Source: an uncultured Pseudomonadales bacterium (GTDB taxonomy: Bacteria > Patescibacteriota > Microgenomatia > UBA1400 > PJMF01). Taken from it: 64,000 bases of DNA. The position numbers and the translations under genes are program-made. The stretch is taken from positions 8,089 through 72,088 of the forward strand of contig CAZEEV010000001.1 of assembly GCA_964511345.1 (NCBI GenBank), written 5' to 3'. Shown here one piece after another: positions 1-8,710 of the stretch; within the stretch, counting starts at the first letter, position 1, and each line of letters starts with the position of its first letter. Below the pieces are notes generated by a model. That model saw only the letters and a list, made by a program, of their open reading frames with translations. It was not told where the DNA came from and did no database searches.

Positions 1-1
1 C

Positions 2-793
2 GACATCAATATGGGTTGTCCAGCACCAACGGTGGCTAATCATGGTTCAGGTGCAGCAATTATTAAAAATCCGCAATTAGCTAAAGAATTAATTAGAGTG
101 GTGCAAGAAGGTATTGAAGAATGGCGTAATGGCTTACGATTAGAAGATTGTCAAGATTTATCAAAACAAGCCATTCAGGCTGTGAAAGACAAGAAAAGAA
201 AGTTTGCTCTTAATGACCATAGTCGTCAAAAAGTACCAACAGTTTCAGTTAAAACGAGAATTGGTTTTGATTATGAAGAAATAGAGACGTGGCTACCTCA
301 TTTGTTGGAAATGCGGCTCGCCGCTATTTCTCTGCATGGTCGCACACTCAAGCAAGGCTACTCTGGAGAGGCCGATTGGTCGGCGATTGGGCGAGCCGCA
401 GCACTAGTCAAAAAGAGCGATCCTTCAGTAATTTTCCTTGGCAATGGTGATGTGCAAAATTATGAGGAAGCTCAAACTAAAATAGCTCAATATGGAGTTG
501 ATGGAGTTTTGATTGGTCGAGCAAGCTATGGTCAGCCGTTTATCTTTTTACCTAGAGAAAAAAGAGAAAAGTTATTGAGAGAAAAAAATATTTTTGAAAT
601 TGCCCTCGAACACGCCAAGCTTTATGAAAAAACTTATCCTTTGAGTGAGGATTACAAGTTTTTGCCAATGCGTAAGCATTTGGCGTGGTACACTAAGGGC
701 ATTGCACAAGCAGCTCTTGTACGCAGCGAATTGGTGCGAGCAGAGAATGCTCAGATCGTGGCAGTAATTTTGCAAAAACATCAATTAATCTAA
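2..793 (+). CDS. tRNA-dihydrouridine synthase (Dus family), 5'-truncated at the window edge
   Basis: The frame continues upstream of position 11 as '...DINMGCPAP', matching the Dus 'DxNxGCP' catalytic motif. The product is a C-terminal helical domain. Confidence 0.75.
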   Translation, partial: DINMGCPAPTVANHGSGAAIIKNPQLAKELIRVVQEGIEEWRNGLRLEDCQDLSKQAIQAVKDKKRKFALNDHSRQKVPTVSVKTRIGFDYEEIETWLPHLLEMRLAAISLHGRTLKQGYSGEADWSAIGRAAALVKKSDPSVIFLGNGDVQNYEEAQTKIAQYGVDGVLIGRASYGQPFIFLPREKREKLLREKNIFEIALEHAKLYEKTYPLSEDYKFLPMRKHLAWYTKGIAQAALVRSELVRAENAQIVAVILQKHQLI

Positions 794-801
794 AGCAATT
801 C

Positions 802-3800
802 ATGACAAATTTTGACAGAGAATATCAGCGTTTGAATAAATTACAAAAAGCTGCGGTTGATCATATTGAGCAAGGTCCACTTTTGTTAATTGCTGGCCCA
901 GGAACAGGAAAAACTCAAGTTTTGTCACTGCGCATTGCTAATATTTTGCGTAAAACCGACGCTCGCCCAGATACAATTTTGGCTTTAACTTTTACTGAAG
1001 CAGCCGCCAAAAACATGCGCGAACGCCTATTAAACATCATTGGCAAAGATGCTTATTATGTAAACATTAGTACTTTTCATGCTTTTTGTCGGGAAGTCAT
1101 TGCTGAGCATGGAGAATACTTTCCACTGCCACGAGAAAGTGAACATTTAAGTGATTTGGATCGTTATCAGCTGTTTGAACAATTATTAGATGAATTGAAG
1201 CCTGAGCATTTGCGTCCACTCAATGATCAATATTATTATGTCAAAGAAATCATTAAAGCCATTTCTGATTTGAAGAGAGAGGGCATTTCTGTTTTGCAGT
1301 ATGAAGAAATGATTCGTTTCGAAGAACAAGAATTTTTGGAGTTTCAAGAGACTAGCAAAAACAAAACTAAAATTGCCAGTTTTGAAAAAAAATTAGCTAA
1401 AAACAAAAATTTATTGTTACTTTACCAAACTTACCAAGAACGTTTACGTGAATCTATGCGTTTTGATTATGATGACATGATTAATTTTGTGGTAGAGGCC
1501 TTTGAACAAAACGAATTGTTGCTTAGAGAATATCAAGAAAATTTACATTACTTTTTAATTGATGAATATCAGGATACTAACTCAGCACAAAATAAGTTGA
1601 TTAATTTATTAGTTTCTTATTGGGAGGAACAAGGTGGAACGGCTGACCTTTTTGCAGTGGGTGATCCTAATCAGGCAATTTATCGTTTCCAAGGTGCTAG
1701 TGTAGAAAATGTTTTGGCTTTCACCCGTACTTACCCAAATGCTACGGTGATTACTTTAGATCAGGCTTATCGTTGTCCGCAAAATATTTATGATTTGGCG
1801 ACTAATTTAATTTCATATAACAAACTTTCTCAGCTTGAAAATATTGATGACAAAATTCAATTAGTGACCAACTTAAAAAGTCCTAAAGGTGTTGGCGGAA
1901 AGATTAAACTTTTTAAAGCGCCGTCACAAACTTTAGAAGCCATTGCTGTAGCCGAAGCAATTGCAGAACTAAATAAATCAGCAGTGCCTCTTCATGAAAT
2001 TGCGGTTCTATATCGCAACCATGCAGATGTTGCCGCTTTAATGATGGCTTTGGAAAAATGGAATATTCCTTATCAGCTAAGCAAAGGTGATGATGTTTTA
2101 ACTAATCAATATATTCTCGAACTATTAGATTTAATGGCTTTAATTTCTAAAATCACTATGGCGCAGGAAGTGGATTTACTTTATAGAGTGATGAATTTTG
2201 CTTGGATAAATTTAGATCATTTATTAGTGATGAAATTAGGCCGTGTGGCTGGCAAATTACAAATTGAACTTTATGACTTAATTGCCAAAGGTTTGGAATT
2301 TATCAATCAAGAATTGGCAGGTCAAGAAATTGATGAAGCAGAATTTTTAACCATGACTGCTTTTTTAGATAAATTAAGAAATTTTGCCAAGCAAGATCAA
2401 ACTTTAACTTTTAATCATTTTTTCGAACAACTGATTTCTAGTAAGGGTTTTGCTTTCTTAGATTTTATCCAAAGTTTGCCGGATAGTTTTGAACAAATTA
2501 CTGTGCTGAATACTCTTTTTGCCGAGATCAAAGCCATGCTGGTTAAAAATCACCAATTACGCTTAACTGATTTTCTTAGTCAAATAGAAATTTATAAAAA
2601 TCATCAAATCAAAATTCAAAGCAAAGACTTGCTCAATCAACCAGAAGCAGTTTATTTATCGACGGTGCACAGTGCTAAAGGTATGGAGTGGGAACATGTT
2701 TTCTTAATTAATTTGTTAGATAAAAAATGGGGCAATCAAAGAGATAAGACGAAAATTAAATTGCCATCGGGAATTATTAAAAACACTGATCTTTCAGAAA
2801 AAGAACGCAATGAAGATGACCGCCGCCTTTTTTATGTGGCTCTCAGTCGTGCTAAAAAACAGTTGTATTTAAGTTATCCAGAACAAATTATTGAAAATGG
2901 TCAAAGTAATGACAAGTTTCCCTCAATTTTCTTGGAGGAGATAAAAGAAATTGAAACAAAATCGAATCAACAATTTTTAGAAAATGATGATAAAAAAGCA
3001 TTGTTGGATCAAGCTGAAACTCATCTTAGCAAATTAATGCTACCTGCTGAACAGCGAACTTATGCTCATGGCGAACGTGAATTTTTAGCTTCTATAGTTA
3101 AAGATTTTAAGTTATCGGTTACAGCCCTCAATACGTATTTGCGCGATCCACAAGAATTTTTGGAAAATAATTTATTACGCATTCCACGTGCCAAGCAAGT
3201 TTTTATGTCTTTTGGCACTGCCATTCATGCAGGTTTGGAGCGTTTTTATAAATTGGAAAAACAAAATAATCAGATCCCTGAATTAAAGTTTTTGCTTGAT
3301 GAATTTGAGATTGCTTTACGAAAAGAAATTCTAAGCCAAAGTGATTTTGTTGATCGCTTGAAATACGGTACAGAAGTTTTAACTAGTTATTATCAAGATC
3401 GCTTGATTGAAAAAACCAATGTTTTTGATGTGGAAAGAAGTTTTGGCGGTAGTCGCAAAGCTATTCTTGGAGATATTCAGCTGTCAGGCAAAATTGATCG
3501 CGTTGATTTAATTGATGCGGAAAAAGGGTTATTGAGAGTTTATGATTACAAAACTGGTAAGCCCAAAAGTCGTGGTGGTATTGAAGCAACGAGTAAAACT
3601 TACCAAAAAGATTTCTCAGAGAGAGAATTAAATTTACCTGAAACTATTCGTGGGCCATATAAACGCCAATTAATTTTCTACAAAATTCTTTTAGATTTAG
3701 ATAGAACTATCAATCCAAATTGGCAGGTAAGCGAAGCAGTTTTTGAATTTGTGGAGCCCAAAGAAAAAGGCAGCAACAAACATGTGGCTCACGCTTATTC

Positions 3801-3900
3801 AATTACTGACGAAGAAGTTAGTGACCTAAAACAATTGATTAAAGAAGTGATGCAAGAAATCCGCTCACTTAGCTTTCTGGATACAATTGCTGCAGTGTAA
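802..3900 (+). CDS. UvrD/PcrA-family SF1 helicase fused to a C-terminal PD-(D/E)XK (RecB/AddA-like) nuclease domain
   Basis: Walker A 'AGPGTGKT', 'DEYQD' and 'GDPNQAIYRFQGA' are SF1A helicase motifs. The C-terminus carries 'GKIDRVDLID...VYDYKTGKP', typical of the RecB nuclease motif. Confidence 0.8.
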   Translation: MTNFDREYQRLNKLQKAAVDHIEQGPLLLIAGPGTGKTQVLSLRIANILRKTDARPDTILALTFTEAAAKNMRERLLNIIGKDAYYVNISTFHAFCREVIAEHGEYFPLPRESEHLSDLDRYQLFEQLLDELKPEHLRPLNDQYYYVKEIIKAISDLKREGISVLQYEEMIRFEEQEFLEFQETSKNKTKIASFEKKLAKNKNLLLLYQTYQERLRESMRFDYDDMINFVVEAFEQNELLLREYQENLHYFLIDEYQDTNSAQNKLINLLVSYWEEQGGTADLFAVGDPNQAIYRFQGASVENVLAFTRTYPNATVITLDQAYRCPQNIYDLATNLISYNKLSQLENIDDKIQLVTNLKSPKGVGGKIKLFKAPSQTLEAIAVAEAIAELNKSAVPLHEIAVLYRNHADVAALMMALEKWNIPYQLSKGDDVLTNQYILELLDLMALISKITMAQEVDLLYRVMNFAWINLDHLLVMKLGRVAGKLQIELYDLIAKGLEFINQELAGQEIDEAEFLTMTAFLDKLRNFAKQDQTLTFNHFFEQLISSKGFAFLDFIQSLPDSFEQITVLNTLFAEIKAMLVKNHQLRLTDFLSQIEIYKNHQIKIQSKDLLNQPEAVYLSTVHSAKGMEWEHVFLINLLDKKWGNQRDKTKIKLPSGIIKNTDLSEKERNEDDRRLFYVALSRAKKQLYLSYPEQIIENGQSNDKFPSIFLEEIKEIETKSNQQFLENDDKKALLDQAETHLSKLMLPAEQRTYAHGEREFLASIVKDFKLSVTALNTYLRDPQEFLENNLLRIPRAKQVFMSFGTAIHAGLERFYKLEKQNNQIPELKFLLDEFEIALRKEILSQSDFVDRLKYGTEVLTSYYQDRLIEKTNVFDVERSFGGSRKAILGDIQLSGKIDRVDLIDAEKGLLRVYDYKTGKPKSRGGIEATSKTYQKDFSERELNLPETIRGPYKRQLIFYKILLDLDRTINPNWQVSEAVFEFVEPKEKGSNKHVAHAYSITDEEVSDLKQLIKEVMQEIRSLSFLDTIAAV

Positions 3901-4477
3901 CACTGTCAATATCTCTTTGTGAAATAATCATCTCTTCTTTGGCAAATGGCCATTGGATATTTAAGTCTGGATCGAAAATGGAAACTGCCAAATCGTCAGC
4001 TTTATTTCTTTCGTGATAAAGCATGTCGACGCCATAGAGATAATACATCGGACCTTCCACAGCACAGACTGAATTACCAATTTTTTTACTGATATAGAGA
4101 CTCTCTCCCCATTCGTTATTTGGATCAGCAATGAAATCAAAGTATTCAACTTTTTTGTAAGTTGGAGAATCTGGACGTACATCGGCGAGAGCACAAAAAG
4201 CATGACCTTGCACTATGGTGATTAATTTATTCCACCCTTCGGTATGAATGCCTCTAGCAATTTTGCTTTTAGAGACTGATAAATTAACTTGTTTAATTTG
4301 GAAATCTGGATTGATGCCGGCAGCTTTAATTCTTTCTGGTTCTAAAATTTGTGAAAAAAATCCTCGTTCATCAAGAAACTTTTTGTATTTAATGTAATAA
4401 AGTCCATCAATGCTGGTTTTAAAAATATTTTCTGCGATTTCTAATTCTTTTTTGGGAACGTAATAATTGATTGCCAT
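3869..4477 (-). CDS. dTDP-4-dehydrorhamnose 3,5-epimerase-like cupin (RmlC family)
   Basis: 'DERGFF', 'NxSxSxxxIxRGxHxE' and 'QGHAF' resemble RmlC motifs. The start was chosen at the internal ATG (MAINYY) to avoid overlap with the divergent gene. Confidence 0.6.
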   Translation of the reverse strand: MAINYYVPKKELEIAENIFKTSIDGLYYIKYKKFLDERGFFSQILEPERIKAAGINPDFQIKQVNLSVSKSKIARGIHTEGWNKLITIVQGHAFCALADVRPDSPTYKKVEYFDFIADPNNEWGESLYISKKIGNSVCAVEGPMYYLYGVDMLYHERNKADDLAVSIFDPDLNIQWPFAKEEMIISQRDIDSVTLQQLYPES

Positions 4478-4527
4478 AGTGGTTTTTAGTCTAGCACAAT
4501 TTTTAAGTTTTAGTACAATGTTAAACC

Positions 4528-5736
4528 ATGTCAGACTCTTATTTACCTCCACAAAATATTATCGATCAATATGCTCACGTATTGGTTAACTTTGCACTTA
4601 ATTCTGGAGCCGGTGTCAAAAAGGGTGAAGTAGTGCAGTGTGTAGTGCCAGATGTAGCTAAACCGATGGCCTTAGCCTTACAGAATACTTTGCTTAAAGC
4701 TGGAGCTCACCCTATGATTCGTTTAATTCCTTCCGGTTTTGATCGCGATTTTTATAATCTAGCCAGTGATGAGCAGCTGAGTTTTTTTCCTAGAAAATTC
4801 TTAAAAGCACGAGCAGATTTAATCGATCATCAAATTGGTATTATCGCTGAAGCAGATCCAATGGAATTATCAGAAGTGGATCCGCGCAAAATTATGTTAA
4901 TGCGCAATAGCCAAAAACCTTATCGTGATTGGCTAAATGCGAAAGAGAGCCGCCAACTTTTTACTTGGACCTTAGCACTTTGGGGTATGCCAGCCAAAGC
5001 CAAAGAAGTTGGTCTGAGTATGGAAGCTTATTGGCAGCAAATTATCAAAGCTTGTTTCTTAGATGAGCCTGATCCAATAGCCAAATGGCGTGAAGTTTTT
5101 GCTATGCAAACAGACATTAAAGAAAAGTTAAATGACATGAAGATTCAATACGTCATCGTTAAAGGTGAGGATGTTGATTTGACGATTAAAATTGGTAGTG
5201 ATCGTATTTGGCAAGGTGGTAGCGGACGCAATATTCCAAGTTTTGAAATTTTTACTTCTCCTGATTGGCGAGGTATTGATGGCTGGATTCGTTTTAATGA
5301 GCCACTTTATCGCTATGGCAATGTCATTAAAGACATTTATCTTAGAGTGGAGCACGGCATAATAATTCAGGCCAAAGCTAGCACTGGTAATAAATTTTTA
5401 CAAACCATGCTAGAAACTAAAAATGCTGACAAATTTGGTGAATTTTCGATGACTGATAAACGTATGTCGCGCATTACCCATCCGATGGCTGAAACTTTAT
5501 TTGACGAAAATATTGGCGGTCGTTTTGGTAATTCACATTTAGCCATTGGTATGGCTTACAAAGACTGTTATCGTGGAAATCCAGATGTCGTGAAAGCAAG
5601 CGAATGGAAAGAAATGGGTTTTAACGACAGCGCTGAGCATACTGACATGATGACTACTACTAATCGTAGTGTTACAGCAGTGCTAGAAACTGGGGAACAT
5701 AAGTTGATTTATGAGAATGGTCAATTTGTAATCTGA
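4528..5736 (+). CDS. aminopeptidase, M29 (AmpS/PepS) family
   Basis: A 402 aa product with N-terminal 'YAHVLVNFALNSGAGVKKGEVV' and M29-like conserved blocks throughout. Confidence 0.65.
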   Translation: MSDSYLPPQNIIDQYAHVLVNFALNSGAGVKKGEVVQCVVPDVAKPMALALQNTLLKAGAHPMIRLIPSGFDRDFYNLASDEQLSFFPRKFLKARADLIDHQIGIIAEADPMELSEVDPRKIMLMRNSQKPYRDWLNAKESRQLFTWTLALWGMPAKAKEVGLSMEAYWQQIIKACFLDEPDPIAKWREVFAMQTDIKEKLNDMKIQYVIVKGEDVDLTIKIGSDRIWQGGSGRNIPSFEIFTSPDWRGIDGWIRFNEPLYRYGNVIKDIYLRVEHGIIIQAKASTGNKFLQTMLETKNADKFGEFSMTDKRMSRITHPMAETLFDENIGGRFGNSHLAIGMAYKDCYRGNPDVVKASEWKEMGFNDSAEHTDMMTTTNRSVTAVLETGEHKLIYENGQFVI

Positions 5737-5756
5737 TTTAGTGCTAGAATATCTTC

Positions 5757-6533
5757 ATGATTATCAGTTCTGATCACCAGTTAGCCAAATACCAAAACAT
5801 CGGTAAAAAATCTGCTGAAATTTTGTGGCAATTGTGGGAAGCTTCAGTAGAAGGAGTGACTCCGCTAGAAATTGACAATTTAGCAGAGCGTCTTTGTCAG
5901 AAATATGGTGTTAGGTCTGCTTTTAAAGGGGTGGGTTCCAAGAAAAATCCCTATCGTTTTGTGACTTGCATCAATGTTAACGATGGGGTGGTACATGGTA
6001 TTCCAAGCACTATTCCTTTGCAAAAAGGTGACATTGTCAAAGTGGATTTTGGAATTGTGGATGATGGTTTTTACACCGATCATTGTTTTAGCAAATCAAT
6101 CGGCGAACCAAGTACGGAGGATTTGCGCTTAATGAATGTGGCTCGTCAAGCAGTGCAAAATGCGGCACGTCAGGCCATTATCGGTAATCAAGTTGGTGAT
6201 CTTGGTTTTACCATGCAGAGTATTGCTGAAAAAGCAGGCTTTAGCACGGTTAAAGAATTTGTTGGACACGGCATTGGTTTGACTATGCATGATGAGCCAC
6301 AAATCCCAGCTTGGGGACAGAAGGGCAAGGGTTTGACTTTGAAACGTGGGCAGGTATTGTGTGTGGAGGCGCAAGTGATTGCTTCAGCAGATGATGGCGT
6401 CTATATGGCTGATGATGGTTGGACAATTCTTTCTGATTCTGGGGCCAAGGCAGCGATGTTTGAATATATGGTGGTGGTGCAAGACAAGAAACCAGTTTTT
6501 CTCACTCCCACATTGGATTGGCCTTTGTTTTAG
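5757..6533 (+). CDS. map: methionine aminopeptidase type I
   Basis: Map motifs 'VHGIP', 'DxGxxxDGxxxDxxxT' and 'GHGIG'. Confidence 0.85.
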   Translation: MIISSDHQLAKYQNIGKKSAEILWQLWEASVEGVTPLEIDNLAERLCQKYGVRSAFKGVGSKKNPYRFVTCINVNDGVVHGIPSTIPLQKGDIVKVDFGIVDDGFYTDHCFSKSIGEPSTEDLRLMNVARQAVQNAARQAIIGNQVGDLGFTMQSIAEKAGFSTVKEFVGHGIGLTMHDEPQIPAWGQKGKGLTLKRGQVLCVEAQVIASADDGVYMADDGWTILSDSGAKAAMFEYMVVVQDKKPVFLTPTLDWPLF

Positions 6534-6635
6534 TTTTTAGCTTTTCCATCAAAATTTTCTTGTCAAGTTGACAAAAATTAGCTTTTCCTGATTTACCATT
6601 TGCTTTTTGGCGATTGAAAAGTATAATTATAATCC

Positions 6636-6794
6636 GATTCGTAGCGAAATAAAAAACGGTTTCTTAATTTATCTTTTACGTATTTTATTTCTTTTCTTCT
6701 TTCTCAAGTAGACAAGGCTACTATCGTCATCAGAAAAGACTAAAATATCGTAAAATCTATTATTAATTAACTCATTTTTATTTCGCTACGAATC
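6636..6794. repeat. perfect 20 bp inverted repeat (gattcgtagcgaaataaaaa / tttttatttcgctacgaatc) enclosing ~119 bp, ending 7 nt before the rpoD ATG
   Basis: Read directly from the sequence: 6636-6655 is the reverse complement of 6775-6794. A tandem 'tataattataat' -10 box sits at 6622-6633, just 5' of the left arm. Confidence 0.85.
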
Positions 6795-6801
6795 GAATCT
6801 T

Positions 6802-7911
6802 ATGACCGACCAAGTTTCCCCTAAAAAAATTCCTAAGTCCCTACAAGAAGCGATTAAACAACTTTTTAAAGTAGCTAGTTCTCGAGGTTTTGTCACTCAA
6901 GATGAAATCATGGATGTTTTTGTGGAACCAGAAATTTATATTGAAGAATTAGACGATCTTTATGATCGTTTTTTTAAGAAAAACATTGATATTTTTGAAT
7001 CAGTTTCCAAAGATGCTACTGCTGGCGATGAAGACGTGCTCAAACAAGAATTGGACGTTTTAGCTAATTTAAGTAGTGTCGGTGTTTCTGATCCGGTTCG
7101 TATGTACCTCAAAGAAATTGGTCGTATTCCTTTGCTTAATAGAGAAGATGAAATTCGTTTGGCTCAGGAAGTCGAATCTGGCAGTGAAAAAGCTAAAAAA
7201 GATTTAATCAATGCTAATTTGCGTTTGGTGGTTTCTATTGCCAAAAAATATATTGGTCGCGGCATGACTTTCTTGGATTTAATTCAGGAAGGCAACAAAG
7301 GCTTGATTCGTGCAGTGGAGAAATATGATTGGACCAAAGGTTTCAAATTTTCTACCTACGCCACCTGGTGGATTCGTCAAGCGATTACTCGTTCCATCGC
7401 TGATCAGGCTCGTACCATTCGTATTCCTGTGCACATGGTTGAAACTATCAATAAATTAATGCGTACCTCACGTCGCTTAATGCAGGATTTGGGCCGTGAA
7501 CCTACCCCAGAAGAGATTGGTGAGAAGATGGAATTGGAGCCAGACAAAGTTCGTGAAATTCTGAAAATTTCTCAAAATACCACCTCTTTGGAAACTCCAG
7601 TTGGTGATGGTGAAGACGATAGTACCTTGGGTGATTTCATCGCTGATGAGAAACAAGATAGTCCTTATGACACCACTAGTAAACAAATGCTTTCTGAAAA
7701 TGTCGAAGAGGTTTTGAAGGCTTTGTCAGACCGTGAAGCTAAAGTTTTGCGCATGCGTTTCGGTTTAGCTGGCAACAGAACTATGACTTTGGAAGAAGTT
7801 GGTAAAGAATTTGGTGTGACTCGTGAGCGTATTCGTCAAATTGAAGCTAAGGCTCTACGCAAGCTCAAGCATCCAAGTAAACGTAAAAAGTTACAAGATT
7901 TCCTTGAATAA
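6802..7911 (+). CDS. rpoD: RNA polymerase primary sigma factor (sigma-70)
   Basis: Regions 2-4 are clear: '[27 protein letters not shown]' and a C-terminal '[27 protein letters not shown]' HTH. Confidence 0.95.
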   Translation: MTDQVSPKKIPKSLQEAIKQLFKVASSRGFVTQDEIMDVFVEPEIYIEELDDLYDRFFKKNIDIFESVSKDATAGDEDVLKQELDVLANLSSVGVSDPVRMYLKEIGRIPLLNREDEIRLAQEVESGSEKAKKDLINANLRLVVSIAKKYIGRGMTFLDLIQEGNKGLIRAVEKYDWTKGFKFSTYATWWIRQAITRSIADQARTIRIPVHMVETINKLMRTSRRLMQDLGREPTPEEIGEKMELEPDKVREILKISQNTTSLETPVGDGEDDSTLGDFIADEKQDSPYDTTSKQMLSENVEEVLKALSDREAKVLRMRFGLAGNRTMTLEEVGKEFGVTRERIRQIEAKALRKLKHPSKRKKLQDFLE

Positions 7912-7938
7912 ACTTTTAGAGAGTGGGACAATTTAAAC

Positions 7939-8670
7939 ATGAAATTTGTTTCAGTTAATATTGAGGGTAATAAGCATTTTGATAGAATTTTTCCATTCCT
8001 GATTGCAGAAAAACCAGATGTCTTAGCTCTACAAGAAGTTTTTGAATGTGATTTAGAAACCATTAAACAAATAACTGGTTTGAAAAATTGTGTTTTTTAT
8101 CCCAATGCCGATGTGACTCTTCCAAATATCCATTTGCAAGATCGTGGCAGATGGGGAGTGGCAACTTTTGCCAATGAAATTGTTGACAGCAAGGGCGTTT
8201 ATTATTTTCAGGTTAATCCTGGAGAGTTATTCATTTTTGATGAAAAAAAGAATGGTTTAGCTGATCGAGTTTTGTTATTCGCTGAGACTAAGGTAGACGG
8301 TAAAGTTTTTAAAACTTTTAACACTCACTTTACTTGGTCTGGAGGCAAAGCAGTTAATGAGGCGCAACGCAGAGATTACGTCAAAATGAAAGAGATTTTA
8401 GAATCCTATGACGAAGTAATTCTGTGCGGCGATCTTAACACTCCTCGTGGTGAAGAAGTTTGGGACGATTTAGCCAAGAATTATACCGATAATATTCCTC
8501 AAGACATTGACACCACCATTGATAAAAATTTACACAAGTCAGGTAAAGATATTCGTTTAGTGGTAGACGCTCTTTTTACCAGCGCTCAATACTCGGCCAA
8601 AAATGTACGCGTGGTTGCAAATACCAGTGATCACATGGCGGTGGTGGGAGAAATATTTACAACTAAATAG
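7939..8670 (+). CDS. endonuclease/exonuclease/phosphatase (EEP) family protein
   Basis: 'VLALQEV' and C-terminal 'SDHMAV' are EEP catalytic motifs. Confidence 0.65.
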   Translation: MKFVSVNIEGNKHFDRIFPFLIAEKPDVLALQEVFECDLETIKQITGLKNCVFYPNADVTLPNIHLQDRGRWGVATFANEIVDSKGVYYFQVNPGELFIFDEKKNGLADRVLLFAETKVDGKVFKTFNTHFTWSGGKAVNEAQRRDYVKMKEILESYDEVILCGDLNTPRGEEVWDDLAKNYTDNIPQDIDTTIDKNLHKSGKDIRLVVDALFTSAQYSAKNVRVVANTSDHMAVVGEIFTTK

Positions 8671-8710
8671 CCTCTTACATAAACATTCTTTAATCGGATA
8701 CAATGAGATA

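Noticed and set aside
572-784. Numerous 60-110 aa reverse- or alternate-frame ORFs nested inside well-supported genes (e.g. 572-784, 3961-4203, 5128-5355, 7477-7686, 16413-16844, 17959-18282, 21257-21484, 32761-33063, 34310-34585, 36107-36310, 39045-39353, 43536-43754, 57615-57839, 61827-62117, 62350-62541, 62682-62882, 63024-63230)
   Set aside because: They fully overlap genes with strong motif support and have low-complexity or AT-codon-biased translations. No independent start signals are present.
8603-8710. Upstream extension of the large surface protein ORF (start at 8603) overlapping the EEP gene
   Set aside because: The signal peptide begins at the internal Met (MYKK, 8711). A TACAAT -10 box sits 7 nt upstream. 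The extension would overlap the preceding gene by 68 nt.
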